A stretch of 64,000 nucleotides of DNA from Minisyncoccota bacterium (lineage in GTDB: Archaea; Nanobdellota; Nanobdellia; Pacearchaeales; GW2011-AR1): positions 138,715 through 202,714 of the forward strand of contig DAOTCN010000002.1 in NCBI GenBank assembly GCA_035453125.1. The letters are read 5' to 3'. Below, piece by piece: positions 27,180 to 34,995 of this stretch (positions are counted from its first letter, which is position 1; every line of letters starts with the position of its first letter). The position numbers were made by a program, and so were the translations under genes. A model generated the notes under the pieces. The model ran no database searches, was not told the origin of the DNA, and was given only the letters and a program-made list of their open reading frames with translations.

Positions 27180-27241
27180 TTATTAATTGTACGAACTTAT
27201 TTTTATGTTAAAAGTTTTAATAAATAATTAAAAGTTTTAGC
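27180..27241 (+). repeat. conserved intergenic element, copy B
   Basis: TTATTAATTGTACGAACTTATTTTTATGTTAAAAGTTTTAATAAATAATTAAAAGTTTTAGC. The first 22 nt are identical to copy A. The internal hairpin shows paired changes (TTTAAG/CTTAAA in A versus TTTAAT/ATTAAA in B). Confidence 0.75.
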
Positions 27242-27314
27242 TTAATTTTTAGTATTAAGAAATAGTTAAATGAACTAAAGTAATGTTTATAAATCGAATC
27301 TTATTTTTTATTTT

Positions 27315-27692
27315 ATGATATATGGGACAAAAACAATAGATAAAAGAAAATTAATACGTCTTGAACAAAAAAAAGGATTATTTTATGTGAATGGTTTGGA
27401 AGATAAGGTAGATGTAAAAATATTAAGTGTTCCATTTAGTTTTGAGGACTCAAATCAAATATCTGCAGAAAATCATGTTTCAATGGGAAAAATAAATATA
27501 GGTAATGGTGGAATAAAAATACCGGAAAATGGAAATGCTTATTTTGTTATTAGGGACTTAAGAGCTGAAAAAACAAAACCTTATGGCAGCGGATCAATTC
27601 AAACTTTTTTAGGAATTTATTGTCAAATTGATGAGAATATTTATCAAACTGCATTAAAAATAGATCAAAAAAAGAATAGTTTTAAGAGATAA
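27315..27692 (+). CDS. hypothetical protein (ORFan)
   Basis: 125-aa ORF. Confidence 0.35.
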   Translation: MIYGTKTIDKRKLIRLEQKKGLFYVNGLEDKVDVKILSVPFSFEDSNQISAENHVSMGKINIGNGGIKIPENGNAYFVIRDLRAEKTKPYGSGSIQTFLGIYCQIDENIYQTALKIDQKKNSFKR

Positions 27693-27855
27693 GTTTAAAT
27701 GATTTTAAATGAAAATTTTAGTAATTTTTAGAAAATTTGATTATTTCTAAGTAAATTTTTGTGATTAAATTTTTGTATCCTGTGTTCTCTGTTGAAAAGT
27801 TTTAATTTTTTAAGAAAAATTCTTTTTGATTTAGCCTATTTTTAAGATATTTAGA

Positions 27856-27991
27856 GGTGTTTAAAGGTGTTTAAACAGGCTTAAACACCTTTAAATTTTA
27901 TCGACGATAATTGCTGTTTAATAACTTTTAAACAGCTGTTTATTTAAAAAAGTAGGTGTTTAAACAGTGTTTTTAGCTGTTTAAAACAGCC
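27856..27991. promoter_or_regulatory. dense cluster of (G/C)(G/C)TGTTTAAA half-sites and palindromes upstream of the wHTH gene at 28036
   Basis: GGTGTTTAAAGGTGTTTAAACAGGCTTAAACACC (10-bp inverted repeat), AAACAGCTGTTT at 27930-27941, and GGTGTTTAAACAGTGTTTTTAGCTGTTTAAAACAGCC. Confidence 0.55.
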
Positions 27992-28035
27992 ATAAAAAAA
28001 GAAACATTTAAATAGTATTTCGTTGATAAATTGAT

Positions 28036-28647
28036 ATGTTTGGTTGGTTTAAACATAAAAAAGAGGCAGAGTTAATAAAAGAAGAGGCAAGAAAGTCTTT
28101 TGAACATGTAAAGAGAGATATTGAAAAAACTAGTTCTTGGATAACACACTTAAATAATCAAGATGTTTATTTAAACAACCAGATTAAGGATTTAAGAAAT
28201 GATATCACGTCGATTAAAGATGAGATTGAACAATTAAAAGATGTAATTTCTATGTTTGGTGAGGGTGTATCTAAACAGGTGTTTAAAACAAACAGGCCTG
28301 TTTATAATAAACAAACAGCTGTTCAAGCTGTTCAAACACCTGTTCAAACACCTGTTCAAACAGCTAATTTTTATGGATTTTCAAATTTAAGTGCAACAGA
28401 AAGAGCAATAATTTGGGTTTTAATAAATAGTGAATTAAAATTAAGTTATGATGATTTAGCAGCAATGTTAGGAAAAACAAGATCAACAATTAGAGGTCAA
28501 ATAAATAGTATAAAACAAAAAAGTGATGGATTAGTAATGGAATACACTGAAAGTAATGGGAAAAAAAGAGTGTATATTCCTGAACATATAAAAGAAAAAA
28601 TAATTAAAAATGTGAAAGTGAAAGTGAAAAAAGAGAAAAGTAATTAG
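28036..28647 (+). CDS. coiled-coil / low-complexity linker / C-terminal winged-HTH DNA-binding protein
   Basis: N-terminal heptad-like region, VQTPVQTPVQT linker, and a C-terminal LSATERAIIWVLINSELKLSYDDLAAMLGKTRSTIRGQINSIKQK HTH-like segment. Confidence 0.5.
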   Translation: MFGWFKHKKEAELIKEEARKSFEHVKRDIEKTSSWITHLNNQDVYLNNQIKDLRNDITSIKDEIEQLKDVISMFGEGVSKQVFKTNRPVYNKQTAVQAVQTPVQTPVQTANFYGFSNLSATERAIIWVLINSELKLSYDDLAAMLGKTRSTIRGQINSIKQKSDGLVMEYTESNGKKRVYIPEHIKEKIIKNVKVKVKKEKSN

Positions 28648-28699
28648 AAAGTCATAAGTTTTAGTAAAGTTAAAAATAAGAAATTATGATAAAAAGGAT

Positions 28700-29215
28700 A
28701 AAAAACTATTGAAAAAGTAATGGTTTTTTTAGGTTTTAAGAAAATAAAAACCTAAAAAAACGTTAAACTATTGAAAGTGAGATAAAGGCAATAAAATGGA
28801 GTAAAAATAGCATTAAAAACACTCAAAAAGTGAAAAGTGAGGGTTAGTAGTGGTTAAAAATAGGGAAAAATCATTACAAATAAACTAAAAAGTGCCTAAA
28901 AAACAACTCAAAAAGTGAAAAGTGAGAGTTAATTTAAATAAAAATCATAAAAAATAGTGATTTTTGAGAGTTAGAGAAAAAGGGATACAGGGAAAAGTGA
29001 GTGAAAAAACAAGATTAAATAAATTTGTATTTAAACAGGGAAAAGTGAGTGAAAAAACTTATTAAAAAAATAAAGAAAAACAAAAAAAGGAAGTGAAAAA
29101 ATGATAAAAAATTTAGAAAAAGGAAGTGAAAAAAGAAAAAGGTTTTATTCAAAAATAAGGCAAAATAAAAATGAGTCTTTAGTAGTGGCTAAAGAGGAGG
29201 TAAAAGTAGTAGCTA
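28700..29215 (+). repeat. ORF-free purine-rich tract made of several pairs of direct repeats (GTGAAAAGTGAG-type)
   Basis: ACTCAAAAAGTGAAAAGTGAG occurs twice (about 28821 and about 28907). ACAGGGAAAAGTGAGTGAAAAAAC occurs twice (about 28987 and about 29035). AAAGGAAGTGAAAAAA occurs twice (about 29086 and about 29120). TAGTAGTGGCTAAA / AGTAGTAGCTAAA lie at about 29180 and about 29207. Confidence 0.7.
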
Positions 29216-29374
29216 AATATAAATAAATAGATTAATATTTGATTTTAAGTAGTTATAGAATTAAAAAGATTTATTCGGTACAGCGATTCCTAGATTTAGG
29301 GCTAGGTTAATATAACAAAATTAAATCTTGATAAAAAGTTTATGAGATTAATTGATCTAAAATTAATTAATAAC

Positions 29375-30178
29375 TTAAAAATCTCTTAATTTTAATAGGG
29401 TGTCTAAAGATATTAATTGTTTAAAATCTTGTGAAATATGAAGAACTACTTTCTTATTATTAATCTTTTCTTTAGCTAATGGGAAGCCTTTACTTATTAT
29501 TCTTTGTATATAATCTCTAATTGAACTTTCAGTTAGATTAAGTTTTGAAGAAAGAAGAGAATAGTCAACAATAAAACCTTGACTATCCAGCTGATATATC
29601 GAGGAAAAAACAATCATTTCTTGATTTGTTAATTTCTTAACTTTAATTCTTATATCTTTTTGAAAGGAATTAAGTTGGCTTAATAATAATGAAGAGTTAA
29701 GAGTATTATTTGATAGGTTAATTTGTGCTTTAACCCCCTGATTTCCTGTCGAAGTGTCTGTCTGTCTGATTGTCTGTCTGTCTGTCGAAACCCCTTCATT
29801 TCTTATGGAAATACCTATATTTTGCTCTTTAAAGTCTTTATTTGGCAATTTATCTGTCGAATTATCTGTCGGAATCATATTATCTGTCGAATTTATCTGT
29901 CGAACTGTTGAATTTTCATATTTTTCTGTTGGATTTTGTGTCTTAATATGTGTCGAAGTGTCGAAGTGTCTGTCTGATTGTCTGTCTGTTGAAGTGTCTG
30001 TTTGATTATTCTGTCTAAAAATTAAATTAGTGTTATTTCTAAAAACAAAATTATTAATGGTATTATTTATAGACTCTATACTATGATTAAGTAATTCTAT
30101 CTCTTTTTTTAAACTTAAAATATCTTCCTTAACTTTTTGAAAAGAAGATTTAATAGCTTCTTCTTTAATTAAATCCAT
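29375..30178 (-). CDS. coiled-coil / repeat linker / C-terminal winged-HTH protein, paralogous in architecture to 28036-28647
   Basis: N-terminus IKSSFQKVKEDILSLKKEIELL parallels ARKSFEHVKRDIEK of the neighbour. Central TDRQ/DTST repeats. C-terminal LTNQEMIVFSSIY...LTESSIRDYIQRIISKGF HTH-like segment. Confidence 0.5.
   Translation of the reverse strand: MDLIKEEAIKSSFQKVKEDILSLKKEIELLNHSIESINNTINNFVFRNNTNLIFRQNNQTDTSTDRQSDRHFDTSTHIKTQNPTEKYENSTVRQINSTDNMIPTDNSTDKLPNKDFKEQNIGISIRNEGVSTDRQTIRQTDTSTGNQGVKAQINLSNNTLNSSLLLSQLNSFQKDIRIKVKKLTNQEMIVFSSIYQLDSQGFIVDYSLLSSKLNLTESSIRDYIQRIISKGFPLAKEKINNKKVVLHISQDFKQLISLDTLLKLRDF
29745..30005. repeat. in-frame DNA repeats (CTGTCTGTCTG, TGTCGAA, TATCTGTCGAAT) inside the 29375-30178 gene
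   Basis: An approx. 35-nt direct repeat tgtcgaagtgtctgtctg..attgtctgtctg occurs at about 29747 and about 29957. tatctgtcgaa(t) occurs three times, plus a variant tatctgtcgga, between 29851 and 29905. Confidence 0.8.
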
Positions 30179-30238
30179 AAATAATCAGAAAGAATTATAT
30201 TATTAAAGATTACTATAATCTTAACAGAATTAATTTTA

Positions 30239-30508
30239 TTAAAAATTATGATTTAAATAAGCTTCTTGAGCTTTATTTGAAAGTCTCCACCTAACCCTTT
30301 TTTGATATTTAATACCTTCATTATTCTTATTGATAGGTACTACAAGGCTTTTAGACTCAAGTTCTTGAACAAGAATTTTAACAAATTCTTCATCTCTTGC
30401 AATCTCTCTGGAAATTTCAGAAATAAACAATGGTTTAGGAAAACTGTCAAAAAGAACTGACAAAATCTGTTCAGATATCTTTTCTTTCTTTTTGTCAGAT
30501 ATTTTCAT
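30239..30508 (-). CDS. small winged-HTH DNA-binding protein
   Basis: 89 aa. The segment LFISEISREIARDEEFVKILVQELESKSLVV...RVRWRLS is typical of a wHTH recognition helix plus wing. Confidence 0.45.
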   Translation of the reverse strand: MKISDKKKEKISEQILSVLFDSFPKPLFISEISREIARDEEFVKILVQELESKSLVVPINKNNEGIKYQKRVRWRLSNKAQEAYLNHNF

Positions 30509-30608
30509 AGGTCTAATAGAAAAGTAGGTTTTTTATAAGTTTTGTTAATGTAAATATGTTTTTATAAAATCACCTTATATTACAATAAATAGAATAAACA
30601 AACCTAAC

Positions 30609-31052
30609 CTATTTAGTATATTCTTTTTTATCAACTAAATTTTTTTCTTCTTGTTTAATAACTTGAGGTGATGGCATATGTGAAGGAAGACTTAAATCTT
30701 CTTCAATTTGTAATGCTTTTAAATTACATTTTGAAATAACTAAGTTCATTAAAAATGTTCTAAGATTTTCAGAAACGTTCTTTGTTTTCCAGTCTTTTAA
30801 TATTTGTTTAATTTCAGATTCATCTTCAATTAATAATAATAAATTGCCTGATTGATGAATATTAGCAAAATCAGGTTCATAATTAATCTTAAAATCATAT
30901 TTAAAATCTAATATTTCTCCTTTTTTAAAAAAAGATGTTGGTGATTGTTTTATATCTTTAATTTGAACGTTTACATTAACTTTTAAAGAGTTATCTATAT
31001 CTTTATATTTTTCACCTGAAATTTTACTAAAATTAAAGCCTACAAGTTTCAT
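30609..31052 (-). CDS. hypothetical protein (ORFan, 147 aa)
   Basis: ORF only, with no recognisable motif. Confidence 0.35.
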   Translation of the reverse strand: MKLVGFNFSKISGEKYKDIDNSLKVNVNVQIKDIKQSPTSFFKKGEILDFKYDFKINYEPDFANIHQSGNLLLLIEDESEIKQILKDWKTKNVSENLRTFLMNLVISKCNLKALQIEEDLSLPSHMPSPQVIKQEEKNLVDKKEYTK

Positions 31053-31109
31053 ATTCTTAAAATTAATACTTATTATTTAAAATTTATTATATTAAAAGTT
31101 ATATTTAAA

Positions 31110-31370
31110 TTATTTTAAATCCTCTTCAGAAACAACAACAAAATCACCAATAGCAATTATAGAATTATGAGGAATAAGTAATTCACCGGAATTTGATCTT
31201 TCTAAACTTAAATTTTGAGTAAATGAAGTAGGATTTTTAATAACTAATTGAATTAATTCACCAGTTCTAGTCTCAAAAGTCATATCTTGAATAAGTCCTA
31301 TTCTTCGACCTTCTTTTGTAACCACCATTTTCCCTACCATATCTTTTAAGGGTCTTTTTTCATCTAACAT
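31110..31370 (-). CDS. PRC-barrel domain protein
   Basis: MVGKMVVTKEGRRIGLIQDMTFETRTGELIQLVI...LIPHNSIIAIGDFVVV, the PRC-barrel pattern. 86 aa. Confidence 0.65.
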   Translation of the reverse strand: MLDEKRPLKDMVGKMVVTKEGRRIGLIQDMTFETRTGELIQLVIKNPTSFTQNLSLERSNSGELLIPHNSIIAIGDFVVVSEEDLK

Positions 31371-31585
31371 AAATTAAATAATCAGCTATTCATATTTAAA
31401 CTTTTCTATTGTTTATTTTTGTATACTTAATAAACATATCTTGTTAAAGATCTTGTTAAAAAAATTAAATTTTAGAATTAAATCAATTAAAAATAGAATA
31501 ATATTTTGTAAATTAAGATTGTACGAACTATTATATAAAAAGTAGAATATAATGATTATAATAAACGAAAAGTGAAAAAACCCTG

Positions 31586-31609
31586 ACCCCTTAGTTTCTT
31601 ATAGAAATG
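31586..31609 (-). promoter_or_regulatory. ORB-like box (inverted orientation) with G-string
   Basis: The reverse complement is CATTTCTATAAGAAACTAAGGGGT, which matches the two boxes on the other side of the AT repeat. Confidence 0.55.
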
Positions 31610-31690
31610 TTTAAAAAGAAAAGTAAATTTTTTTCTAATTTTTTCTAATTTTTATTTATAAAGTTTTATATTATATATTATATATATTTA

Positions 31691-31746
31691 ATAATATATA
31701 TTTAATAATATATATTTAATAATATATATTTAATAATATATAATAT
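31691..31746. repeat. 14-bp x4 perfect tandem repeat TATATATTTAATAA (candidate DNA unwinding element)
   Basis: Read directly from the sequence. Flanked by further TATA/ATAT runs and a TTTTCTAATT x2 repeat at 31631-31650. Confidence 0.85.
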
Positions 31747-31871
31747 AAAAATAGTTAATATAAAATATATAATAAATAAGATTTATTTTTAGATTATATT
31801 TTTTTATTTTGTTTTAAGTATTAAGATTATAAGATAAAAATAAACAAAATATAATATTCATAAATTTAACT

Positions 31872-31897
31872 TTTCCATTTGAAATGAAGGTGTGAGT
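31872..31897 (+). promoter_or_regulatory. ORB-like box
   Basis: TTTCCATTTGAAATGAAGGTGTGAGT, resembling the TTCCA...GAAAT core of archaeal origin recognition boxes. Confidence 0.55.
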
Positions 31898-31961
31898 AGG
31901 TTTGATTGTTTGATTATTTTTATTGAAGTTTTATTTACTTAAATTCAATTTTTTATAATTG

Positions 31962-31986
31962 TTTCCATAAGAAATAAAGGATATAG
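31962..31986 (+). promoter_or_regulatory. ORB-like box
   Basis: TTTCCATAAGAAATAAAGGATATAG. Confidence 0.55.
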
Positions 31987-32073
31987 ATAAGTAATTATAC
32001 AAAGATTTATAAAAAAGTTTAGAATTAAGATTTTGGTTAAGTTTAATTTAAAATTTTAAAAAGATTTTGAAAA

Positions 32074-33294
32074 ATGGGTGAAAAAAATAATAAAAAAATG
32101 GATGAAATTTTTAATTCTTTTATGAAAAATAATCTTTTTAATGATAAATCTGTTCTTCAAACAAGTTATACTCCTGAAACAATACCGCATAGAGATGAAC
32201 AAATAAGTCAAATTGCTAGTATTTTAGCTCCAGCTTTGAGAGGTGAAAGGACAAGTAATCTTTTTGTTTATGGAAAAACAGGTACTGGAAAAACTTTAAG
32301 TGTTCAATGTGTTAAAAATGAACTGTTAAAAAGAAATAATATTGATAAAAATAATTTAATTATTCAGTATATTAATTGTAAACTAAAAAAGGTATCTGAT
32401 ACTGAATATAGAATTTTTGCAGAACTTATAGAAAAATTAGGTGGTAAAGTTCCTGCTACTGGTTTACCTACTGGTGAAGTTTACAGTAGATTTACTAATT
32501 TAATTGACAATGAAAAAAAGTTAATTATTCTTATATTTGATGAGATTGATCATGCTGTTGATAAAATGTCAGATAATTTTTTATATACTTTAACTAGACT
32601 TAACTCTGAACTTGAAAAATCTCAAATAAGTATTGTAGGTATAAGTAATGATTTAACTTTTTTAGATAACTTAGATCCTAGAGTAAGAAGTTCTTTAGGT
32701 GAAGAAGAAATTGTTTTTCCACCTTATAATGCATTACAGTTACAAGATATATTAAAAGAAAGAGCAGAAAGAGCATTTAAAGAAGGAATACTTGAAGAAG
32801 GAGTAATTTCTAAATGTGCAGCATTTGCAGCAAGAGAGCATGGTGATGCTAGAAGGGCTTTAGATTTACTTAGGATTGCAGGAGAATTAGCTGAGAGAAA
32901 TAATAATAGTAAAATATCTTTAAAAGATATTGATTTTGCTAATGAAAAAATTGAAAAAGATAAAATTTTAGATTTTGTTAAAACAGTACCTAAACAATTT
33001 CAGATAACTCTTTTAGCTATTATTAAATTAATTGAAAAAAGAGATCATGATGAAATATTTACTGGTGATGTTTATAATTTTTATCAATCATTATGTGAAA
33101 GAACTAAAACAGATATTTTAACTCAAAGAAGAATTTCAGATATATTATCTGAATTTGACATGAATGGAATCATTAATTCAAGTGTAATCTCTAAAGGAAG
33201 ACAAGGAAGAACTAGAAAAATTAAATTAGCAATACCGAATAATCTAATTATTAAATTAAAAGAAATATTAAATGAATCTCTAAATTTAGAATAA
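32074..33294 (+). CDS. cdc6: Orc1/Cdc6 replication initiator
   Basis: Walker A GKTGTGKT, Walker B ILIFDEID, sensor motifs, ARREHGDARRALDLLR, and a C-terminal wHTH with GRQGRTRKI. Confidence 0.9.
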   Translation: MGEKNNKKMDEIFNSFMKNNLFNDKSVLQTSYTPETIPHRDEQISQIASILAPALRGERTSNLFVYGKTGTGKTLSVQCVKNELLKRNNIDKNNLIIQYINCKLKKVSDTEYRIFAELIEKLGGKVPATGLPTGEVYSRFTNLIDNEKKLIILIFDEIDHAVDKMSDNFLYTLTRLNSELEKSQISIVGISNDLTFLDNLDPRVRSSLGEEEIVFPPYNALQLQDILKERAERAFKEGILEEGVISKCAAFAAREHGDARRALDLLRIAGELAERNNNSKISLKDIDFANEKIEKDKILDFVKTVPKQFQITLLAIIKLIEKRDHDEIFTGDVYNFYQSLCERTKTDILTQRRISDILSEFDMNGIINSSVISKGRQGRTRKIKLAIPNNLIIKLKEILNESLNLE

Positions 33295-33335
33295 TCTTTT
33301 AATTTAAATAAATTTTATAAAATTTAAAATGAAAA

Positions 33336-34994
33336 ATGAATCAACAAATAATATCTTTTTGTGGTCAAAAAGGAATCTTATTAGACAAACAAATTCTTGA
33401 TTTATTTGTTAATATAAGTGAAGATTTAGGTGATATTAACATAATTAAAAATGTAATTGAACATATAGAATTAAAATATAAACAAAGAGTTATTACTAAA
33501 TCCTTTTTTTTGAATAATCCTAATAAACTAAAAGAAATATTGTTAAATTATAATGAAAATACTCAAAATATTTTATTAAATTATTTTAAATTAATTGGAA
33601 TTGAAATTAAATTAAAGACTTCAAAATTTGAAAAACCTCAAATTTCAGTTGTTAATTCTGATAGTTTAGTTAATTTTTTAAAAATTTATCAAACAGTACC
33701 CAAAAAAATAGAAGTTGATGATTTTGTTAAAAATTTAAGAAATAGATTTATTGTTTTAAAAAATATTTTACAACAACGAGTTGAGTTAGATAATTTAACT
33801 TCAATAAATAAAATAAATGAATCAAAAAATTATTCAATAATAGGTTTAGTTTATAATAAAAAAGTAACTAAAAATGACAATATTCTTTTAGAAGTTGAAG
33901 ATCTTACTGGTAAAATAACTGTATTAATTAATAAAAATAGAGAAGATGTTTTTGAAAAATCAAAAGAAATACTACTTGATGAGGTAATTGGTTTAAAGTG
34001 TTCAGGTTCTAAAGAAATATTATTTGTTAATGATATTATTTTTCCTGAATCAAGACTTACTGAAAAGAAGAAATCTAATTTTGATGAAAGTATAGCCTTT
34101 ATTTCTGATATTCATGTTGGAAGTAAAAAATTTCTTGAAAAAAACTTTTTAAAATTTATTAATTGGATTAATGGTAATATTGGAAGTGATAAACAAAGAC
34201 AAGAAGCTCTTAAAGTTAATTTTTTATTTATTACAGGTGATACAATTGATGGTGTTGGTGTTTACCCTGGTCAGGAAAGAGAATTAGATATTGAAGATGT
34301 TAATGAACAATATAAAAAACTAACTGAACTTTTGTTAAAAATTCGACCTAACATTAAAATAATTATGTGTGCAGGTCAGCATGATGCTGTAAGAGTAGCG
34401 GAACCTCAACCAATTATTGGTGAATGGTATGGAAATAGTCTTTATATGATTCCTAATTTAAATTTAGTAACAAATCCTTCTTTAATTGAAGTTGGTAGTG
34501 ATGTTAAGTTTAAAGTTTTGATGTATCATGGAGCAAGTATGCATGGAATTATTGATAGTATTGATAAATTAAGATTAAATAGGGGGCAGGATCATCCAAC
34601 AGAGGTTGTTAAATTTATGCTTAAAAAAAGGCATTTAGCACCAAGTCATTCTTTGACTACTTATACTCCTTCTGATAAAGAAGATCCTTTACTTATTTTA
34701 GATTTACCAGATATTGTTTCAACTGGAGATTTACATAGACCTGAAGTATCAGATTATAATGGTATACTTCTTGTTTCAAGTAGTTGTTGGCAATCAAAGA
34801 CAGCTTTTGAAGAAAAAGTAGGAAATGATCCAGATCCTTGTAAAGTTCCTATTTTTAATTTAAAAACTAGAGAAGTTAAAATATTAGATTTTAGTGAAAA
34901 TTGTGATAATAATGATTATAATTCTGAAAAAAATTGTGAAGAGAATATTGATGAATCTAAACAAAAAGAAAATAAATTAATAATTGGAGAATAA
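33336..34994 (+). CDS. dp1: DNA polymerase II (PolD) small subunit DP1
   Basis: Calcineurin-like phosphoesterase motifs FISDIHVGS, ITGDTIDG, GQHD and GDLH. An OB-fold segment precedes them. Confidence 0.85.
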   Translation: MNQQIISFCGQKGILLDKQILDLFVNISEDLGDINIIKNVIEHIELKYKQRVITKSFFLNNPNKLKEILLNYNENTQNILLNYFKLIGIEIKLKTSKFEKPQISVVNSDSLVNFLKIYQTVPKKIEVDDFVKNLRNRFIVLKNILQQRVELDNLTSINKINESKNYSIIGLVYNKKVTKNDNILLEVEDLTGKITVLINKNREDVFEKSKEILLDEVIGLKCSGSKEILFVNDIIFPESRLTEKKKSNFDESIAFISDIHVGSKKFLEKNFLKFINWINGNIGSDKQRQEALKVNFLFITGDTIDGVGVYPGQERELDIEDVNEQYKKLTELLLKIRPNIKIIMCAGQHDAVRVAEPQPIIGEWYGNSLYMIPNLNLVTNPSLIEVGSDVKFKVLMYHGASMHGIIDSIDKLRLNRGQDHPTEVVKFMLKKRHLAPSHSLTTYTPSDKEDPLLILDLPDIVSTGDLHRPEVSDYNGILLVSSSCWQSKTAFEEKVGNDPDPCKVPIFNLKTREVKILDFSENCDNNDYNSEKNCEENIDESKQKENKLIIGE

Positions 34995-34995
34995 A

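Larger units (their letters stand above)
31371..32073. other. predicted chromosomal replication origin (oriC) upstream of orc1/cdc6
   Basis: About 700 bp ORF-free and extremely AT-rich. Three ORB-like boxes in inverted arrangement flank a tandem AT repeat. Followed by cdc6 and PolD genes, as in Pyrococcus-type origins. Confidence 0.7.

Noticed and set aside
28648-29374. Possible CRISPR array in the repeat-rich ORF-free tract
   Set aside because: The repeats come as different word pairs with irregular spacing (34, 48 and 86 bp). There is no single 24-40 nt repeat alternating with unique spacers, and no cas genes are in the window.
31661-31760. AT tandem repeat as a CRISPR array or mobile-element terminus
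   Set aside because: The unit is only 14 bp, perfectly tandem and without spacers. It sits between ORB-like boxes next to cdc6, so it is better explained as an origin unwinding element.
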